From: Leptonemataceae bacterium
GTDB taxonomy: Bacteria; Spirochaetota; Leptospiria; Leptospirales; Leptonemataceae
Direction: 5' to 3'
DNA length: 64,000 nucleotides
Assembly: GCA_965227295.1 (NCBI GenBank)
Contig: OZ245742.1
Location: 3,328,001-3,392,000, forward strand
The position numbers and the translations under genes were made by a program. The notes beneath the pieces were generated by a model. The model did not search any database. It was given only the letters and a program-made list of their open reading frames with translations, and was not told the DNA's origin. Below are positions 36,763 to 47,298 of this stretch, piece by piece (positions within the stretch are counted from its first letter, which is position 1; each line of letters starts with the position of its first letter).

Positions 36763-39276
36763 ATGCAAAAGTTCCTGAAGGCAGGTTGTGTGGCCTGCGG
36801 ATTGTTGTTGCACCTTTCCTGCGGAGCATCCGAATCGCAATGCCTCTCTCTGGCCGGAGACTGGGAGTACCTGGTCCGCGCTGCGGACGAAAGTCTGGAG
36901 CCGGCCCCGGAAGCCTGGGATGCGGCGCCGACGGTCGTGGTTCCGTTCGATTGGACCGGGCATCCGGATTATCAGGACTTCGCCGGATGCCTGCTGTTGC
37001 GTCGCGCAGTAAGCAGCGGAGAAGTCCGCGTGCTGAGCGGATTGCGCAGTCCCGTCGCCTTCGATAGCGGTTACATCGGTGATACGGCGACCTTTTATTG
37101 GAAGGAACCGCGCACCGGTCTCATCGGTACCGTGGGGTCTCATGAACCCTATCGCACGGGTTATGACGGTCGTCTGGTGGCGACGTTGCCGGAGGGTGTG
37201 AGGATTCAGGCCGGGGACTATCTCTATGCCCGGGTGTGCAGTCTTCCGGGGCGCCGTCTCTTTTTACGCGGGCCGGAGATCGTTCTGGGACCGGCGGATA
37301 CGATTTTTCGCAACTACGGAAGTTCCGTCGCCATCGCCCTGGTGCTCGGGACTTTTTATCTGTGCATCGGCGGGTATCATTTGCTGCTGGCACTGCGACG
37401 CCCGCGGGATATCTATAATCTGTACTTCGGCATCTTCGCCTTTGCATTCACGGGTTTTCACATCACGAATTCCGCGGCCTCACCGTTCTTGTTTCATGAG
37501 CATCTGGAACTGCGTTCCGTGCTGGACCAGGTTTCCCTCATGGTCTTCGTGGCGGCGCTGTTGCTTTTCATAACCCGCTTCTTTCTCGGTCGGCACAGTC
37601 GCTTTGCCGTCGCGATGGCGATCCTCTACGGAATCTTTGCCGTGGCGGAATTCTTTTTGCCGCTGAACGGCCGCGACTTCCTGCTCCGCCTGCTGCAACT
37701 TACGATGCCGGCCGTGTTGCCCTACATCTTCTTCGTAACCGGACGGGCGGCCTGGCGCGGGAATACGGACGCCCGCCTGTTGCTGTTGGGTGTCGGAGTG
37801 ATCGTCGGAGCCACGATCCACGACATACTTGTCGATACCGGCGTGCTTGCTTCTACGCTGATCATGCCGTTTGCCTTTCTGGTTTTCGTGTTGGGCATTG
37901 CCGTGATTCTGGCCAATCGTTTCGTTCACGTGCACAACGAAGTCGAAGAGTTAAACCGCGATCTGGAAGCCAGGGTGCAACAGCGGACCGCCGAACTCGA
38001 AGACACACTGACGGAAGTGCGTACTCTGAAGGAACGCCAGGACGGTGATTATTTTCTTACATCGCAACTGCTGCAGCCCCTCGCCGGCAACTTCAGCCGG
38101 CAGTCCGGAGTCGTGCGCGCGGACATGCGCATCCGCCAGAAGAAACGTTTTCGCTTTCGGCATCGCGAGGGTGAGATCGGCGGAGACCTCTGCGCCGTAC
38201 ATTCGCTGCAATTGCGGAAGCGGAACGTGCTCGTTTTTTTCAACGGAGATGCCATGGGCAAATCCATTCAGGGCGCCGGCGGCGCTCTGATCATGGGAAC
38301 CGTTTTCAAGTCCGTGGTCGCCCGTACGGAAAAGAACTCGGGAATCCAGGAGTTGCATCCGGAACAATGGTTGCACCTGTGCTTTCAGGAACTCAGGGAT
38401 CTGATGCTTACGTTTGACGGTCGCATGATGGTCTCCGTCGTGGTGGGGATTGTAGACGAGGCCAGCGGCGTTCTGTACTTCGTGAACGCCGAACATCCCG
38501 GGGTCGTCCTCTTACGAGAGGGACGGGCCGCGTTTTTGCCGGAGCGTGGTATGCTGCGCAAGCTCGGCATGGAAGATCCAGCCCAGGTCTTTGCAATTCA
38601 GACGTTGCGCCTGCAGCGCGACGACGTGTTCGTGGTCGGCTCGGACGGCCGGGACGACATTCAAATCGGAACGGACGACGCCGGTCATCCGATCATCAAC
38701 GACGACGAAGAAGCGTTTTTGAAAGATGTGGCCGAGTCCCGGGGAGAACTCGAGGCCCTGGAACAACGCATCGTTTCGCGCGGCGGCCTGGTGGATGATC
38801 TCAGTTTGATCGCCGTATACTTTCGCGAAGACGGGGCGGAACTTGCTCCGACCGTTGCCCCGGAACTGCTGCAGGCCCTGGAGTCCGCCACGGAATCCCG
38901 GCGGAACGAGGACTTCGATGCGGTATATGAAATTCTGTCACCGCTCGTGGAACGGCAACCGCCGCAGTCCGTCCCGGAGGCGGCCGCCATGCGTTTGCTC
39001 TTGCGCGCCCTGGTGCGAACTCGACGCTACGAGGCCGCCGCCGGACTGTGTGTGCACTACCTGGAGGCGCGGCCCGAGGACGACGAGGTCCTCCTGTGGT
39101 CGGCGTACTCCCTGGCTCGTTCCTACAAACCGGCGGAGGCCATCGAGGCGGGGGAACGGTTGTACCTGCGCAACCCGGAGCACGAGCGCAATGTACGTCA
39201 TCTCGTCGACCTCCATGAACGCTACGGCGACGCCCGCCGGGCGGAAGAACTGCGCTCGGTTGCGGCCGCGCGTTAA
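36763..39276 (+). CDS. SpoIIE (PP2C) phosphatase with extracellular beta domain, 7TM-DISM-like membrane domain and TPRs
   Basis: Signal peptide; LAGDWEY; seven TM segments; RQDGDYFLTS, NGDAMGKSIQGAGG, NAEHP, GSDGRDD, VDDLS. Confidence 0.88.
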   Translation: MQKFLKAGCVACGLLLHLSCGASESQCLSLAGDWEYLVRAADESLEPAPEAWDAAPTVVVPFDWTGHPDYQDFAGCLLLRRAVSSGEVRVLSGLRSPVAFDSGYIGDTATFYWKEPRTGLIGTVGSHEPYRTGYDGRLVATLPEGVRIQAGDYLYARVCSLPGRRLFLRGPEIVLGPADTIFRNYGSSVAIALVLGTFYLCIGGYHLLLALRRPRDIYNLYFGIFAFAFTGFHITNSAASPFLFHEHLELRSVLDQVSLMVFVAALLLFITRFFLGRHSRFAVAMAILYGIFAVAEFFLPLNGRDFLLRLLQLTMPAVLPYIFFVTGRAAWRGNTDARLLLLGVGVIVGATIHDILVDTGVLASTLIMPFAFLVFVLGIAVILANRFVHVHNEVEELNRDLEARVQQRTAELEDTLTEVRTLKERQDGDYFLTSQLLQPLAGNFSRQSGVVRADMRIRQKKRFRFRHREGEIGGDLCAVHSLQLRKRNVLVFFNGDAMGKSIQGAGGALIMGTVFKSVVARTEKNSGIQELHPEQWLHLCFQELRDLMLTFDGRMMVSVVVGIVDEASGVLYFVNAEHPGVVLLREGRAAFLPERGMLRKLGMEDPAQVFAIQTLRLQRDDVFVVGSDGRDDIQIGTDDAGHPIINDDEEAFLKDVAESRGELEALEQRIVSRGGLVDDLSLIAVYFREDGAELAPTVAPELLQALESATESRRNEDFDAVYEILSPLVERQPPQSVPEAAAMRLLLRALVRTRRYEAAAGLCVHYLEARPEDDEVLLWSAYSLARSYKPAEAIEAGERLYLRNPEHERNVRHLVDLHERYGDARRAEELRSVAAAR

Positions 39277-39289
39277 AGAGTGCGGCGAT

Positions 39290-40012
39290 TCAGCGCCGGG
39301 CCGGTGAAAACTCGGCCAGGGCCTTTGCGGCGCTCTTCACCAGGCCGCGGGCGAAGGGCAGGCGCTGCAATCGCAGGACCTGCATTAAGATGCCGAGACT
39401 TAAATCTAAGAGGCGCCTGGAATTCTTACGCCCCTCGGATTCGTCGAACATCCAGTAGAGCAGCAGGGCCAACTGGAACAACCACAGAAGATGCGGGGCG
39501 TGGGGGCGCAGTTCATCGTTGAAGCGGATGTCGCTGCCGTCCACAACCTGATCGAACGTACGGACCACGCCCTCGCGGATTTCGGAGGTGGCCGCATGAA
39601 ACGGTGAGAGCGGCGAGTCCGGGTTCACCGAGTTCTGAAACAACACACTCACGAACTTGCGATGCGGTTCGAACTGCCGGAAACGAAACTCGACGACGGC
39701 CTGCATGCGTTTGCGAAAGGACTTCGACTCCGCAAGAATGCCGGGCAGGGCGTCACGCATCTCTTCTTCGCAACGCAGATAGTAAGCCAGAACGATGTCA
39801 TTCTTTGAGCGGAAGTAGTAGTAAGCGGCCCCCTGGGCGACGCCGGCCTTTTCGGCGACGGCACGCATGGTGGTCTCATCGAAGCCGCGGCGACGAAACA
39901 AATCCAGGGCCGCGTTCAAAATCTTTCGGCGCGTGCGATCGCTCTTCCCGCCCGCCGCGCCCACGGCAGGTACGGCCGTTTTTTTCACGCTCTTTTTTTT
40001 TCTTTCCACCAT
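39290..40012 (-). CDS. TetR/AcrR family transcriptional regulator
   Basis: TRRKILNAALDLFRRRGFDETTMRAVAEKAGVAQGAAYYYFRSK helix-turn-helix. Confidence 0.92.
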   Translation of the reverse strand: MVERKKKSVKKTAVPAVGAAGGKSDRTRRKILNAALDLFRRRGFDETTMRAVAEKAGVAQGAAYYYFRSKNDIVLAYYLRCEEEMRDALPGILAESKSFRKRMQAVVEFRFRQFEPHRKFVSVLFQNSVNPDSPLSPFHAATSEIREGVVRTFDQVVDGSDIRFNDELRPHAPHLLWLFQLALLLYWMFDESEGRKNSRRLLDLSLGILMQVLRLQRLPFARGLVKSAAKALAEFSPARR

Positions 40013-40226
40013 GGCAGAGGTTACGTTTGCGCAAGCTGTCAGTAGTGACTGAAGAGTCATCGTCAACCCTCGGGGAGATCGGAGCAAGCGATTTCAGCAA
40101 ACATGCCCTCCATTACGAAGAAAGCGGAGTTGCGGAGAATTTTGAACAAATTCAAAAAAATATCGGCGCCGGAGAATTCCCGGTGGTCATCGACACAAAG
40201 ACTGCCTAATCTACAGAGGCCTCTAC

Positions 40227-41471
40227 ATGAAGCTGAGCCTCCGACCAAAGATTTTCTTCGCCTTCGTTCCCATTACCGCGAGCGCCATGGCTTTGTTCTG
40301 GTGGGACCCGGTTTCGGACATCCAGAGGCTGGCGGGCTCCGGGGGCTGCCTGTTCGTCGGCGCATTGAGCGCCGGAGTGCTTTCGCGGCACATCCTCTCG
40401 CGCCTGGAAACGGCCCGCACGGCGGTAACGCATCTGGCCCGCGGCGACATGACGCACAGCATCGAAGATCGTTCCGCGGACGAAATCGGACGCATTCTGG
40501 ACGGCATCAATACGGTCAGTTCTCGCATGCAGCGCATCCTCGGCCGGCTGCAGGAGATTACAAGCGAGGTGGACGACACCTCCGCTCTGACCGCGAGTCT
40601 TACCGAAGAACTCAAGCAGGGTACCGCACAGCACGCTCGGTCCTCGGAAGGGATCGCTGCCACCATCGAGGAAATCCAGGCGAACGTCAGCGGCGTGGCG
40701 GAGTCCGTGGATTTTCAGTCGAACAGTGTGCAATCAGTAAGTCAAAGTCTGCAAAAGTTAAACGAGATGACCCGCTCCATCGACGAGACCATGGACTATC
40801 TCGGAAAGCAGACCAATGTTACCAGTGAACAGGCCGACTCGGGCAGCCGCCTGGTGGGGCACAGCCGGGACGCCATGGAACTCGTGGAGGACTCCGCGGG
40901 AAAGATTCGCGAGGTGCTGGAAATCATCGATAACATCTCCGAGCGGACGCAGTTGCTCTCGTTGAACTCCGCCATCGAGGCGGCGCGAGCCGGTGAAGCC
41001 GGGCGGGGCTTTTCCGTGGTGTCCGATGAAATCTCCCGCCTCGCCGAAAACACGGTCACCTCGGTGAAGAACATCGACGATCTCGTACGCGAAACCAACA
41101 GCGCCGTACAACGCGGCGCCGAGTCGGTCAAGGAAGTCTCCGGCAGCTTCAACGCCATCCATACATCCATCGAGAACACGCGCAAACAAATGGAGCAGAC
41201 CAATCACGCCGTGGACATACAGCGAGCCACCACGGAAACCATCGTGAACAAAATCGACGAGGTCCGCAGTCAGACGGACGATATTCAACGCGCGGCTCAG
41301 GAGCAAAAGGCGGCGCTGGAGCAGATCGGTAACGGGGTGAACGGCATGGCCTCCGCATCCCAGACGATCGCCGAAAACTCGGACCGGCTCAATCGCCTCA
41401 CGGTTTCTCTGGAAGAACTCTCGGACAAACTGAATCGCGTCGCCGGTCTCTTTAAGCTCGCCGAAGATTAG
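40227..41471 (+). CDS. Methyl-accepting chemotaxis protein
   Basis: Two TM segments, HAMP DEIG, signalling hairpin ISERTQLLSLNSAIEAARAGEAGRGFSVV. Confidence 0.93.
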   Translation: MKLSLRPKIFFAFVPITASAMALFWWDPVSDIQRLAGSGGCLFVGALSAGVLSRHILSRLETARTAVTHLARGDMTHSIEDRSADEIGRILDGINTVSSRMQRILGRLQEITSEVDDTSALTASLTEELKQGTAQHARSSEGIAATIEEIQANVSGVAESVDFQSNSVQSVSQSLQKLNEMTRSIDETMDYLGKQTNVTSEQADSGSRLVGHSRDAMELVEDSAGKIREVLEIIDNISERTQLLSLNSAIEAARAGEAGRGFSVVSDEISRLAENTVTSVKNIDDLVRETNSAVQRGAESVKEVSGSFNAIHTSIENTRKQMEQTNHAVDIQRATTETIVNKIDEVRSQTDDIQRAAQEQKAALEQIGNGVNGMASASQTIAENSDRLNRLTVSLEELSDKLNRVAGLFKLAED

Positions 41472-41581
41472 TCGATCGTGATCGCCTGCCTGCTTGCCGT
41501 GACGATGAAGTAACCGAAACGCCGCACGGCGGCGCGGGCGCCATACGAGTGCTTCTGGAGATTCATATTTTCTCCCGCGCC

Positions 41582-44014
41582 TTACGTGCCGTGCATCCCG
41601 TAGCTTTCAATAATCTCCCGGGCCTGTTTGCGGATGTTCTGAAACACGTGGCGGTCGCTCTTCGTAAGAACCGGCAGGGCCAGGTAATTCATGAACCAGA
41701 TCTCCGTCGGCGTGTGGCGAAAGTGTGATTGTGACGAACCCGTCAGCGCTTCCATAATCAACCGCGCATAGTGGACCGCGAACATGAAACGCACGCCGGC
41801 CCGGGAGTTATCGAGGCGACGCCGGCCGAAGCGTTCGCCGCGGTTCTTGCGGATCCTGTCTTCCTCGCGATAGTACTCTTCAACACACTCGCGAAAGGTC
41901 TTTTCGGTCGTACGATAATAGATCAACGGATCTTCCAGGCAGTCGTGCACGAACTGGCCGAGGGCGAACAAGAACGCCGGCGGCCCCGGAGATCGGCCGG
42001 AGTTCCAGATGAGCCGCACCAGGCGGCCGTGATCTCCGCCGACGGGATAGTACAACGTATGATTGAACTTCTGGTACCAACCGCCGGTCAGCACCGCATC
42101 CTCGCGGGGATCGACGCCCAGTTCCAACGGCGAACGGCTTTCGCCGATGACCCGCCCGCGAAACTCCGGAAAGTCCTCGCGGGCAATCTCGCGCAGGGGA
42201 TAACACGAGCCCGGCAGCAAGAACATGGTAAGATTCGCCAGGTTCTCGATGCCGCGCATCTCGCGAACGATGCGTTCCCGTCGCAACGGCCGGTTCGCTA
42301 ACTCTGGATCAGCGAGACTTACCAGGCGCAACAGGCATTCCACGGTTTCTTTGGTGTTCATCTCCAGGCCGGTGAGGCGCGGTGCGTCCTTGACGACCTC
42401 CGGCCGGTCTTTCCAGAGTTTCATGATGGGATTCAGCGTAATGGCGCCGTGGCGATGGCCGGGGTTCAGCGAATAAAAGTTCGCCGTGCGGCGCACCGGT
42501 CGCAGGCGACGCAGGATCAGATCCCTGGCGCGCGCCACGAGAACCGGTTCGTCGTACGGATTACCGGGAACATGGCCGGTTGTGTCGAGGACGTCCAGGC
42601 CGCCGGGATATCGTTCCGGCCCGTCCCAGAGTTGCGGCTCTTCCGGAAGCTGCGGCACCGGCAGTTCCGGTTCTTCCGGTTCCGCACTCTCCGTCGGCGC
42701 GGGCTTTGCTTTCGGGGCCTCGCGTCGCGCGTAGTCCTCGTGGAAGCGAACGAGTTCCCGGTCCAGCGCGCGAATCTCCTGAAGTAAGCGCGGATAACGT
42801 GCCAGTTGCCGCGCGTCTGCCGAGGCCGCGTTTTGCTCGGCCGCGTCGAGGGGCGGCGGCACCGTAAAAATGGCGAGCGGATCGTGGTCCGAGTGCTCCG
42901 CGCAGTAATGCAACAGGGCCCGCAGGACGGTTAATTTCTGACTATCACCGGTTAGTTCCGCGCATTGTTTGTAGCGCACATCAAAGAGATCCAGGAAACG
43001 TTTGCGTCGTTCGGCCAGGCTCGCGTTGCGGTCGACGCTGCGTTCATCCGGCTCGTCCTGGCCGCGTTGTAAGTAGACAAGCCGGGCCATGCGCAGTTCC
43101 AGGCGATACACATTCGAAGCGAGGCTCGCCGCCGACCGGGCCGTGCGTTGCGCCGTACGCGACAGACTCAGCGCGCGATGCAGGTTCAAGGCCGGAGTGC
43201 TGAGGCCGATCTCCGCACCGCGCCGGAGTACCTCATCGCGTTCCTGCCGCGTGAGCCGGTTGAGATCTCCCTGGCGTTTGCGATGCACGAGCTGGCGAAT
43301 CGAGGCGTGTTCGATGTGTCGTTCACCGCGTTCTCGCGCAATGGTTTCCAGACGCTCCAGAATTACCGCGTCGATGCGTTCCCGGGCCGCGCGTTCAAAG
43401 TCTTTCGGAAACACGGCGTCCAGGTTACGCTGGATTGCATCCAGCTCATCGAACAGTGCCAGTCGACGTTCTTTCAATCGCCACAGATCGCGAAAGGGAC
43501 GCAGGATCTCGCTGACGTCGTCCGTAATGCCGCGCAGGTAGTTGCTCAGATAAAAGATGCGATAGCGTACCGGTGCATCCCGCGCCTCCGTGTACTCGGC
43601 GAGAATCTTCGCATGCAGGAGCGGCGGCACCGAGCTCAGTTCCTGTTCGTCGGGGATGCCGATGTCGAAAAGCGTATTTGGGATCAAGAACGGCTGCTGA
43701 AAGATTTCAATGCCCCGGCCGGCGAGGGAGCGCGCGGCGGCCACATCGAAAACCCGGTACCAGAACGCGTGAAATCGCTTCGATGCTTCGTGGGCAAAAT
43801 CGCGGATTTCCCGATGCGAAGGATTGCCGTGCCAGGCCGGCGGCACGAGGTCCGTTTCGAAGCCCAGCCAGCCGCCGGTGAACAGGTCCCGTGCGTGCAC
43901 GTCGATGGTCTCAAAACGCACCCGCCGCGAGCGAAAGTAACGCCGGCCGTCGGCATCGGTCTGCAAACCGGAGCGGCGATCATCGAGCAGACGTTCGGCG
44001 AGGTTGTCGTTCAT
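41582..44014 (-). CDS. Large hypothetical cytoplasmic protein
   Basis: About 810 aa with protein-like composition, helical N-half and a Pro/Glu linker; no recognised family motif. Confidence 0.7.
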   Translation of the reverse strand: MNDNLAERLLDDRRSGLQTDADGRRYFRSRRVRFETIDVHARDLFTGGWLGFETDLVPPAWHGNPSHREIRDFAHEASKRFHAFWYRVFDVAAARSLAGRGIEIFQQPFLIPNTLFDIGIPDEQELSSVPPLLHAKILAEYTEARDAPVRYRIFYLSNYLRGITDDVSEILRPFRDLWRLKERRLALFDELDAIQRNLDAVFPKDFERAARERIDAVILERLETIARERGERHIEHASIRQLVHRKRQGDLNRLTRQERDEVLRRGAEIGLSTPALNLHRALSLSRTAQRTARSAASLASNVYRLELRMARLVYLQRGQDEPDERSVDRNASLAERRKRFLDLFDVRYKQCAELTGDSQKLTVLRALLHYCAEHSDHDPLAIFTVPPPLDAAEQNAASADARQLARYPRLLQEIRALDRELVRFHEDYARREAPKAKPAPTESAEPEEPELPVPQLPEEPQLWDGPERYPGGLDVLDTTGHVPGNPYDEPVLVARARDLILRRLRPVRRTANFYSLNPGHRHGAITLNPIMKLWKDRPEVVKDAPRLTGLEMNTKETVECLLRLVSLADPELANRPLRRERIVREMRGIENLANLTMFLLPGSCYPLREIAREDFPEFRGRVIGESRSPLELGVDPREDAVLTGGWYQKFNHTLYYPVGGDHGRLVRLIWNSGRSPGPPAFLFALGQFVHDCLEDPLIYYRTTEKTFRECVEEYYREEDRIRKNRGERFGRRRLDNSRAGVRFMFAVHYARLIMEALTGSSQSHFRHTPTEIWFMNYLALPVLTKSDRHVFQNIRKQAREIIESYGMHGT

Positions 44015-44021
44015 GGAAAGT

Positions 44022-44135
44022 TTAACCACCGAGACACCGAAGCCGGGTCCGCGTTAGTTATTCCCGTCTGCGGTAAGAACGCCTGGAAGCAGCCGGCTCA
44101 GTGCGACCTCGGTGTCTCGGAGCCTCGGTGGTTAA
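44022..44135. repeat. Short inverted-repeat element (CCGAG/CACAGAG-type)
   Basis: TTAACCACCGAG ... CTCGGTGGTTAA perfect 12-bp terminal inverted repeat; GAGACACCGA/TCGGTGTCTC also complementary. Confidence 0.75.
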
Positions 44136-44158
44136 TCCAGGAAACCAGGGCGCCCACG

Positions 44159-45634
44159 TCACTCCGTGTTACTTTTTTCGCGTTCCTTCGGCGGAACGTA
44201 GCGCTTGCGACCGGCGGTGAGTTCGGTGAGGCGCTCAAAGAACTTCGGATCGAACTCGGGGTCCACCGCGTAGACAATGTGGCGCGAGTCGTCCTTGGAA
44301 AGTTCGAAGTGCGCGTAGCGGGGGTCCGGACGGAGTTTCTCCAGGTTGAACGATCCAAACTTCATTTTAGGAGAAGTTACGATGTCCGGGTAGATCGTGG
44401 CGAAACGATCCACTCCCGGCTTCGATTGGTAGCGATTCGCGTCGGTGATCTGGCAGACCTCGAAGAACGGCCGACCCTTGGAGTCGCGCGACGCCGCAAT
44501 GATGAAGTCGCCTTCGGCGAGGACCTTCTGGTTGTCGTTCAACGACATGGCCACGTGATCGAGGAACTCGCGCACGATGCGGTCGGTGTAAGTAAAGAAC
44601 GAGTTGTTGATGATCAAACGAATGGCGCGGTCCGCGGGGTAGGCCTTGCGCCATGGAACGTCCGAGGTGAGCGAGGCGAACTCCGAGGCCACCGCCAGGA
44701 TGTTCGCGTCTTCATCGTAGGGGATGTCCGCCTTGAGCAGGGCGATTTGCTGGCGGGCGTCCGTGGCGATGGAACTGCGCTTCGGATCGTCGCGGTACTT
44801 TTCTTCGAGCACGGCGAGTTTGTGTAACGTGGACTTGAGGTCCGGGTAGTTGTTGCCCTTCGTGCCCGGACGCAGCGGGCGGTGGTGCACGAGGATGTTG
44901 CGTTTCACGCGGACATCAATGGTGGTTTCGTGAGCCAGCATCATGTAGGACATGAGCGGATGCTGGCGCATGTAGTCCATTTCCTGCTGGGACAGTCCCT
45001 CGTGCTCGGGGATCTTCATCTTGGTGTAGCCGACGTCGCAGAGCAGGGCGGACATCATCAACACGTTGACCATATCCTGCATCTTTACTTTGTCCCGATG
45101 CGACGTGGCCTTCATGCCGCGGGTCTTCATGGCCATGGCCGTGACCGTGCGTTTGACCGCGCGCTCGACGTCGGCGCTGGCATCGGTGCCGGCCATGAGC
45201 TCGATGATGTTCACGAGGCCGTTCATGGCGTCCGGCTGTTCTTCGAAATCGGTAAAGAGCTGATTGAGCTGATCGCTGGAACGTTTCGCGTGCAGCGAGG
45301 TGATGGTGGACTTCTTGAGATCGTCGAAGAGGTCCTTCGTACCCTCGGCGAGTTCCTGGGCGTGGTTCTCGCTGAGCAGTTTTACATCGGAGAGGCCGTC
45401 CGGGGGCGGTTCCTTGTCCCCGCCGAGACCGAGTTTGTCCTCGTCGTCGGTGTTGTAGTAGATGCCGTGCTCTACAAAGCGCAGGACCCGGTTGATTTCG
45501 GCCTCGGTGGCGTCCTCTTTCTTGTAGATGAGGATCTGGCCGTCCTTATTATAGAAGTTAACCGGAATTTCATTGTTTTCCCGAAAGGATTCCATGATCT
45601 CCGGGGTGAATTCGAATGGAAGATACTCGCCCAT
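44159..45634 (-). CDS. HD-GYP-like domain protein (degenerate HD motif)
   Basis: SALLCDVGYTKM (canonical ALLHDIGK), MRQHPLMSY, VHHR, NNYP, ILAVASEFASLTSDVPWRKA. Confidence 0.7.
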   Translation of the reverse strand: MGEYLPFEFTPEIMESFRENNEIPVNFYNKDGQILIYKKEDATEAEINRVLRFVEHGIYYNTDDEDKLGLGGDKEPPPDGLSDVKLLSENHAQELAEGTKDLFDDLKKSTITSLHAKRSSDQLNQLFTDFEEQPDAMNGLVNIIELMAGTDASADVERAVKRTVTAMAMKTRGMKATSHRDKVKMQDMVNVLMMSALLCDVGYTKMKIPEHEGLSQQEMDYMRQHPLMSYMMLAHETTIDVRVKRNILVHHRPLRPGTKGNNYPDLKSTLHKLAVLEEKYRDDPKRSSIATDARQQIALLKADIPYDEDANILAVASEFASLTSDVPWRKAYPADRAIRLIINNSFFTYTDRIVREFLDHVAMSLNDNQKVLAEGDFIIAASRDSKGRPFFEVCQITDANRYQSKPGVDRFATIYPDIVTSPKMKFGSFNLEKLRPDPRYAHFELSKDDSRHIVYAVDPEFDPKFFERLTELTAGRKRYVPPKEREKSNTE

Positions 45635-45786
45635 AGTTCCAGTTGCCGCAACGGCGGTCTTTCAGGGTTATGATCGGGGCCCAGGGCCCGATCGTAAATA
45701 GTTTTTGCGTTTTTCGGTCGGCTCTCCGGCCTAATGCGGCAAAAATCCTGCTGACCGGGAAGGTCCAGCCTGAATTTGTGGCCGTC

Positions 45787-47031
45787 ATGTCTGTAGAATC
45801 TGTACCCGTGGGGCAACTTCCGCCCGTCGGCGAAGTGCCGAAGAAAATGTATGCACAACTGATCCGCCCGGAACGCTACGGCGAGCCGACCCAGGCGTTT
45901 CAGGAAGAACTCATTGATATTCCCGAACTGGCCCCGGACGAGGTCCTCGTGGCTGTGATGGCCGCGGGAGTGAACTACAACAACGTCTGGGCCGCCCTGG
46001 GCTACCCCGTGGACGTCATTAAGGCCCGCCAGAAGAAGGGCGAGCAGGAAAATTTCCACATCGGCGGTTCCGATGCCTCGGGCATTGTCTACGCGGTGGG
46101 CTCCGAGGTCACGACCCACAAGGTCGGTGACGAAGTCGTCATCCACTGCGGCATCTGGGATCGCAACGATCCCTGGGTCAAAGCCGGCAAAGATCCCATG
46201 TTCGCCCCGTCGCAGCTCATCTGGGGCTACGAAACAAACTGGGGTTCGTTCGCGCAATTTACGAAGGTCCAGGCGCATCAGTGTCTGCCCAAGCCGCCGC
46301 ATCTCTCCTGGGAAGAAGCCGCGGCCTACATGCTCGTCGGCGCCACGGCCTACCGCATGCTCTGTCACTGGGAGCCCAACACCGTCCAGAAAGATGACGT
46401 CGTCCTCATCTGGGGCGGGGCGGGCGGTCTTGGTGCCATGGCCATTCAAATTGCAAAGGCGCGCGGCGGAGTGCCCATCGCCATCGTCAGCTCGGACGAC
46501 AAGATCGAATACTGCAAGAACCTGGGCGCGGCGGGCGTACTGAACCGCAAAAACTTCGATCATTGGGGGCCGCTCACGAGTGAGATCAACAAGGGCGAGG
46601 AGTTCGGCCGCTGGACTAAAGCGGCGCGGGAATTCGGCAAGGCCATCTGGGAAATCGCCGGCAAGGGCAACAATCCGCGCATCGTCTTCGAACACCCGGG
46701 CGAGTCCACGCTGCCGACCTCGGTCTTCGTGTGTGAGACCGGCGGCATGGTCGTCATCTGCGCCGGCACCACCGGCTTCAACGCGACGGCGGACTTGCGT
46801 TACCTGTGGATGCGCCAGAAGCGACTGCAGGGTTCGCACTTCGCCAACGACGAAAACTGCAAGGGCATCAACGACCTCGTCATCGAAAAGAAGGTGGACC
46901 CGTGTCTGTCCCGCACGTTCAAGTGGGAAGAAACCGGCGCGTGTCACCAGCTTATGAAAGATAACAAGCATCCACCGGGGAACATGTCGATTCTGGTCGG
47001 CGCCTCCGCCGAAGGGCAGGGACGGAAGTAA
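45787..47031 (+). CDS. ccr: Crotonyl-CoA carboxylase/reductase
   Basis: [57 protein letters not shown]. Confidence 0.95.
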   Translation: MSVESVPVGQLPPVGEVPKKMYAQLIRPERYGEPTQAFQEELIDIPELAPDEVLVAVMAAGVNYNNVWAALGYPVDVIKARQKKGEQENFHIGGSDASGIVYAVGSEVTTHKVGDEVVIHCGIWDRNDPWVKAGKDPMFAPSQLIWGYETNWGSFAQFTKVQAHQCLPKPPHLSWEEAAAYMLVGATAYRMLCHWEPNTVQKDDVVLIWGGAGGLGAMAIQIAKARGGVPIAIVSSDDKIEYCKNLGAAGVLNRKNFDHWGPLTSEINKGEEFGRWTKAAREFGKAIWEIAGKGNNPRIVFEHPGESTLPTSVFVCETGGMVVICAGTTGFNATADLRYLWMRQKRLQGSHFANDENCKGINDLVIEKKVDPCLSRTFKWEETGACHQLMKDNKHPPGNMSILVGASAEGQGRK

Positions 47032-47047
47032 GCGAATCCAGGCTCTT

Positions 47048-47094
47048 CTCTTGCGTTAGCGATTCGACCCGGAGCGAAGCGGAGGGGAACGCCC
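47048..47094 (-). repeat. Internally deleted inverted copy of the GGGCG...ACGC element
   Basis: Reverse complement reads GGGCGTTCCCCTCCGCTTCGCTCCGGGTCGAATCGCTAACGCAAGAG. Confidence 0.7.
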
Positions 47095-47132
47095 AGAAAA
47101 CGGATCCAATCCAGGCAAACACGGTAGATTTT

Positions 47133-47246
47133 TTTGGGCGCCCCCGCCACCTTCGGTGGCGGTCGGGCTTTCCAGGGCTCCGGCTTCGCCTTCGGTCTCG
47201 CTGCGCGAGACTCGCTTCGCGACCCTTCCAATCCCTGGCGCGAAGA
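47133..47246 (+). repeat. Structured REP-like element, GGGCG...ATCCCTGGCGCG family, copy 2
   Basis: TTTGGGCG start, CGCCAC-CTTCG-GTGGCG and GTCTCG-CTGCG-CGAGAC hairpins, CCAATCCCTGGCGCGAAGA end. Confidence 0.85.
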
Positions 47247-47298
47247 TCGTTTCTACTACTGAGGGCCATAGATTTCTCCAGGCAGCGTTACCGTACCA

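Noticed and set aside
43148..44827. 559-aa plus-strand ORF
   Set aside because: Antisense shadow of two minus-strand genes, common in GC-rich DNA; no motifs. The same applies to 49798-51411, 48310-49677, 45472-46971 and 31793-33079.
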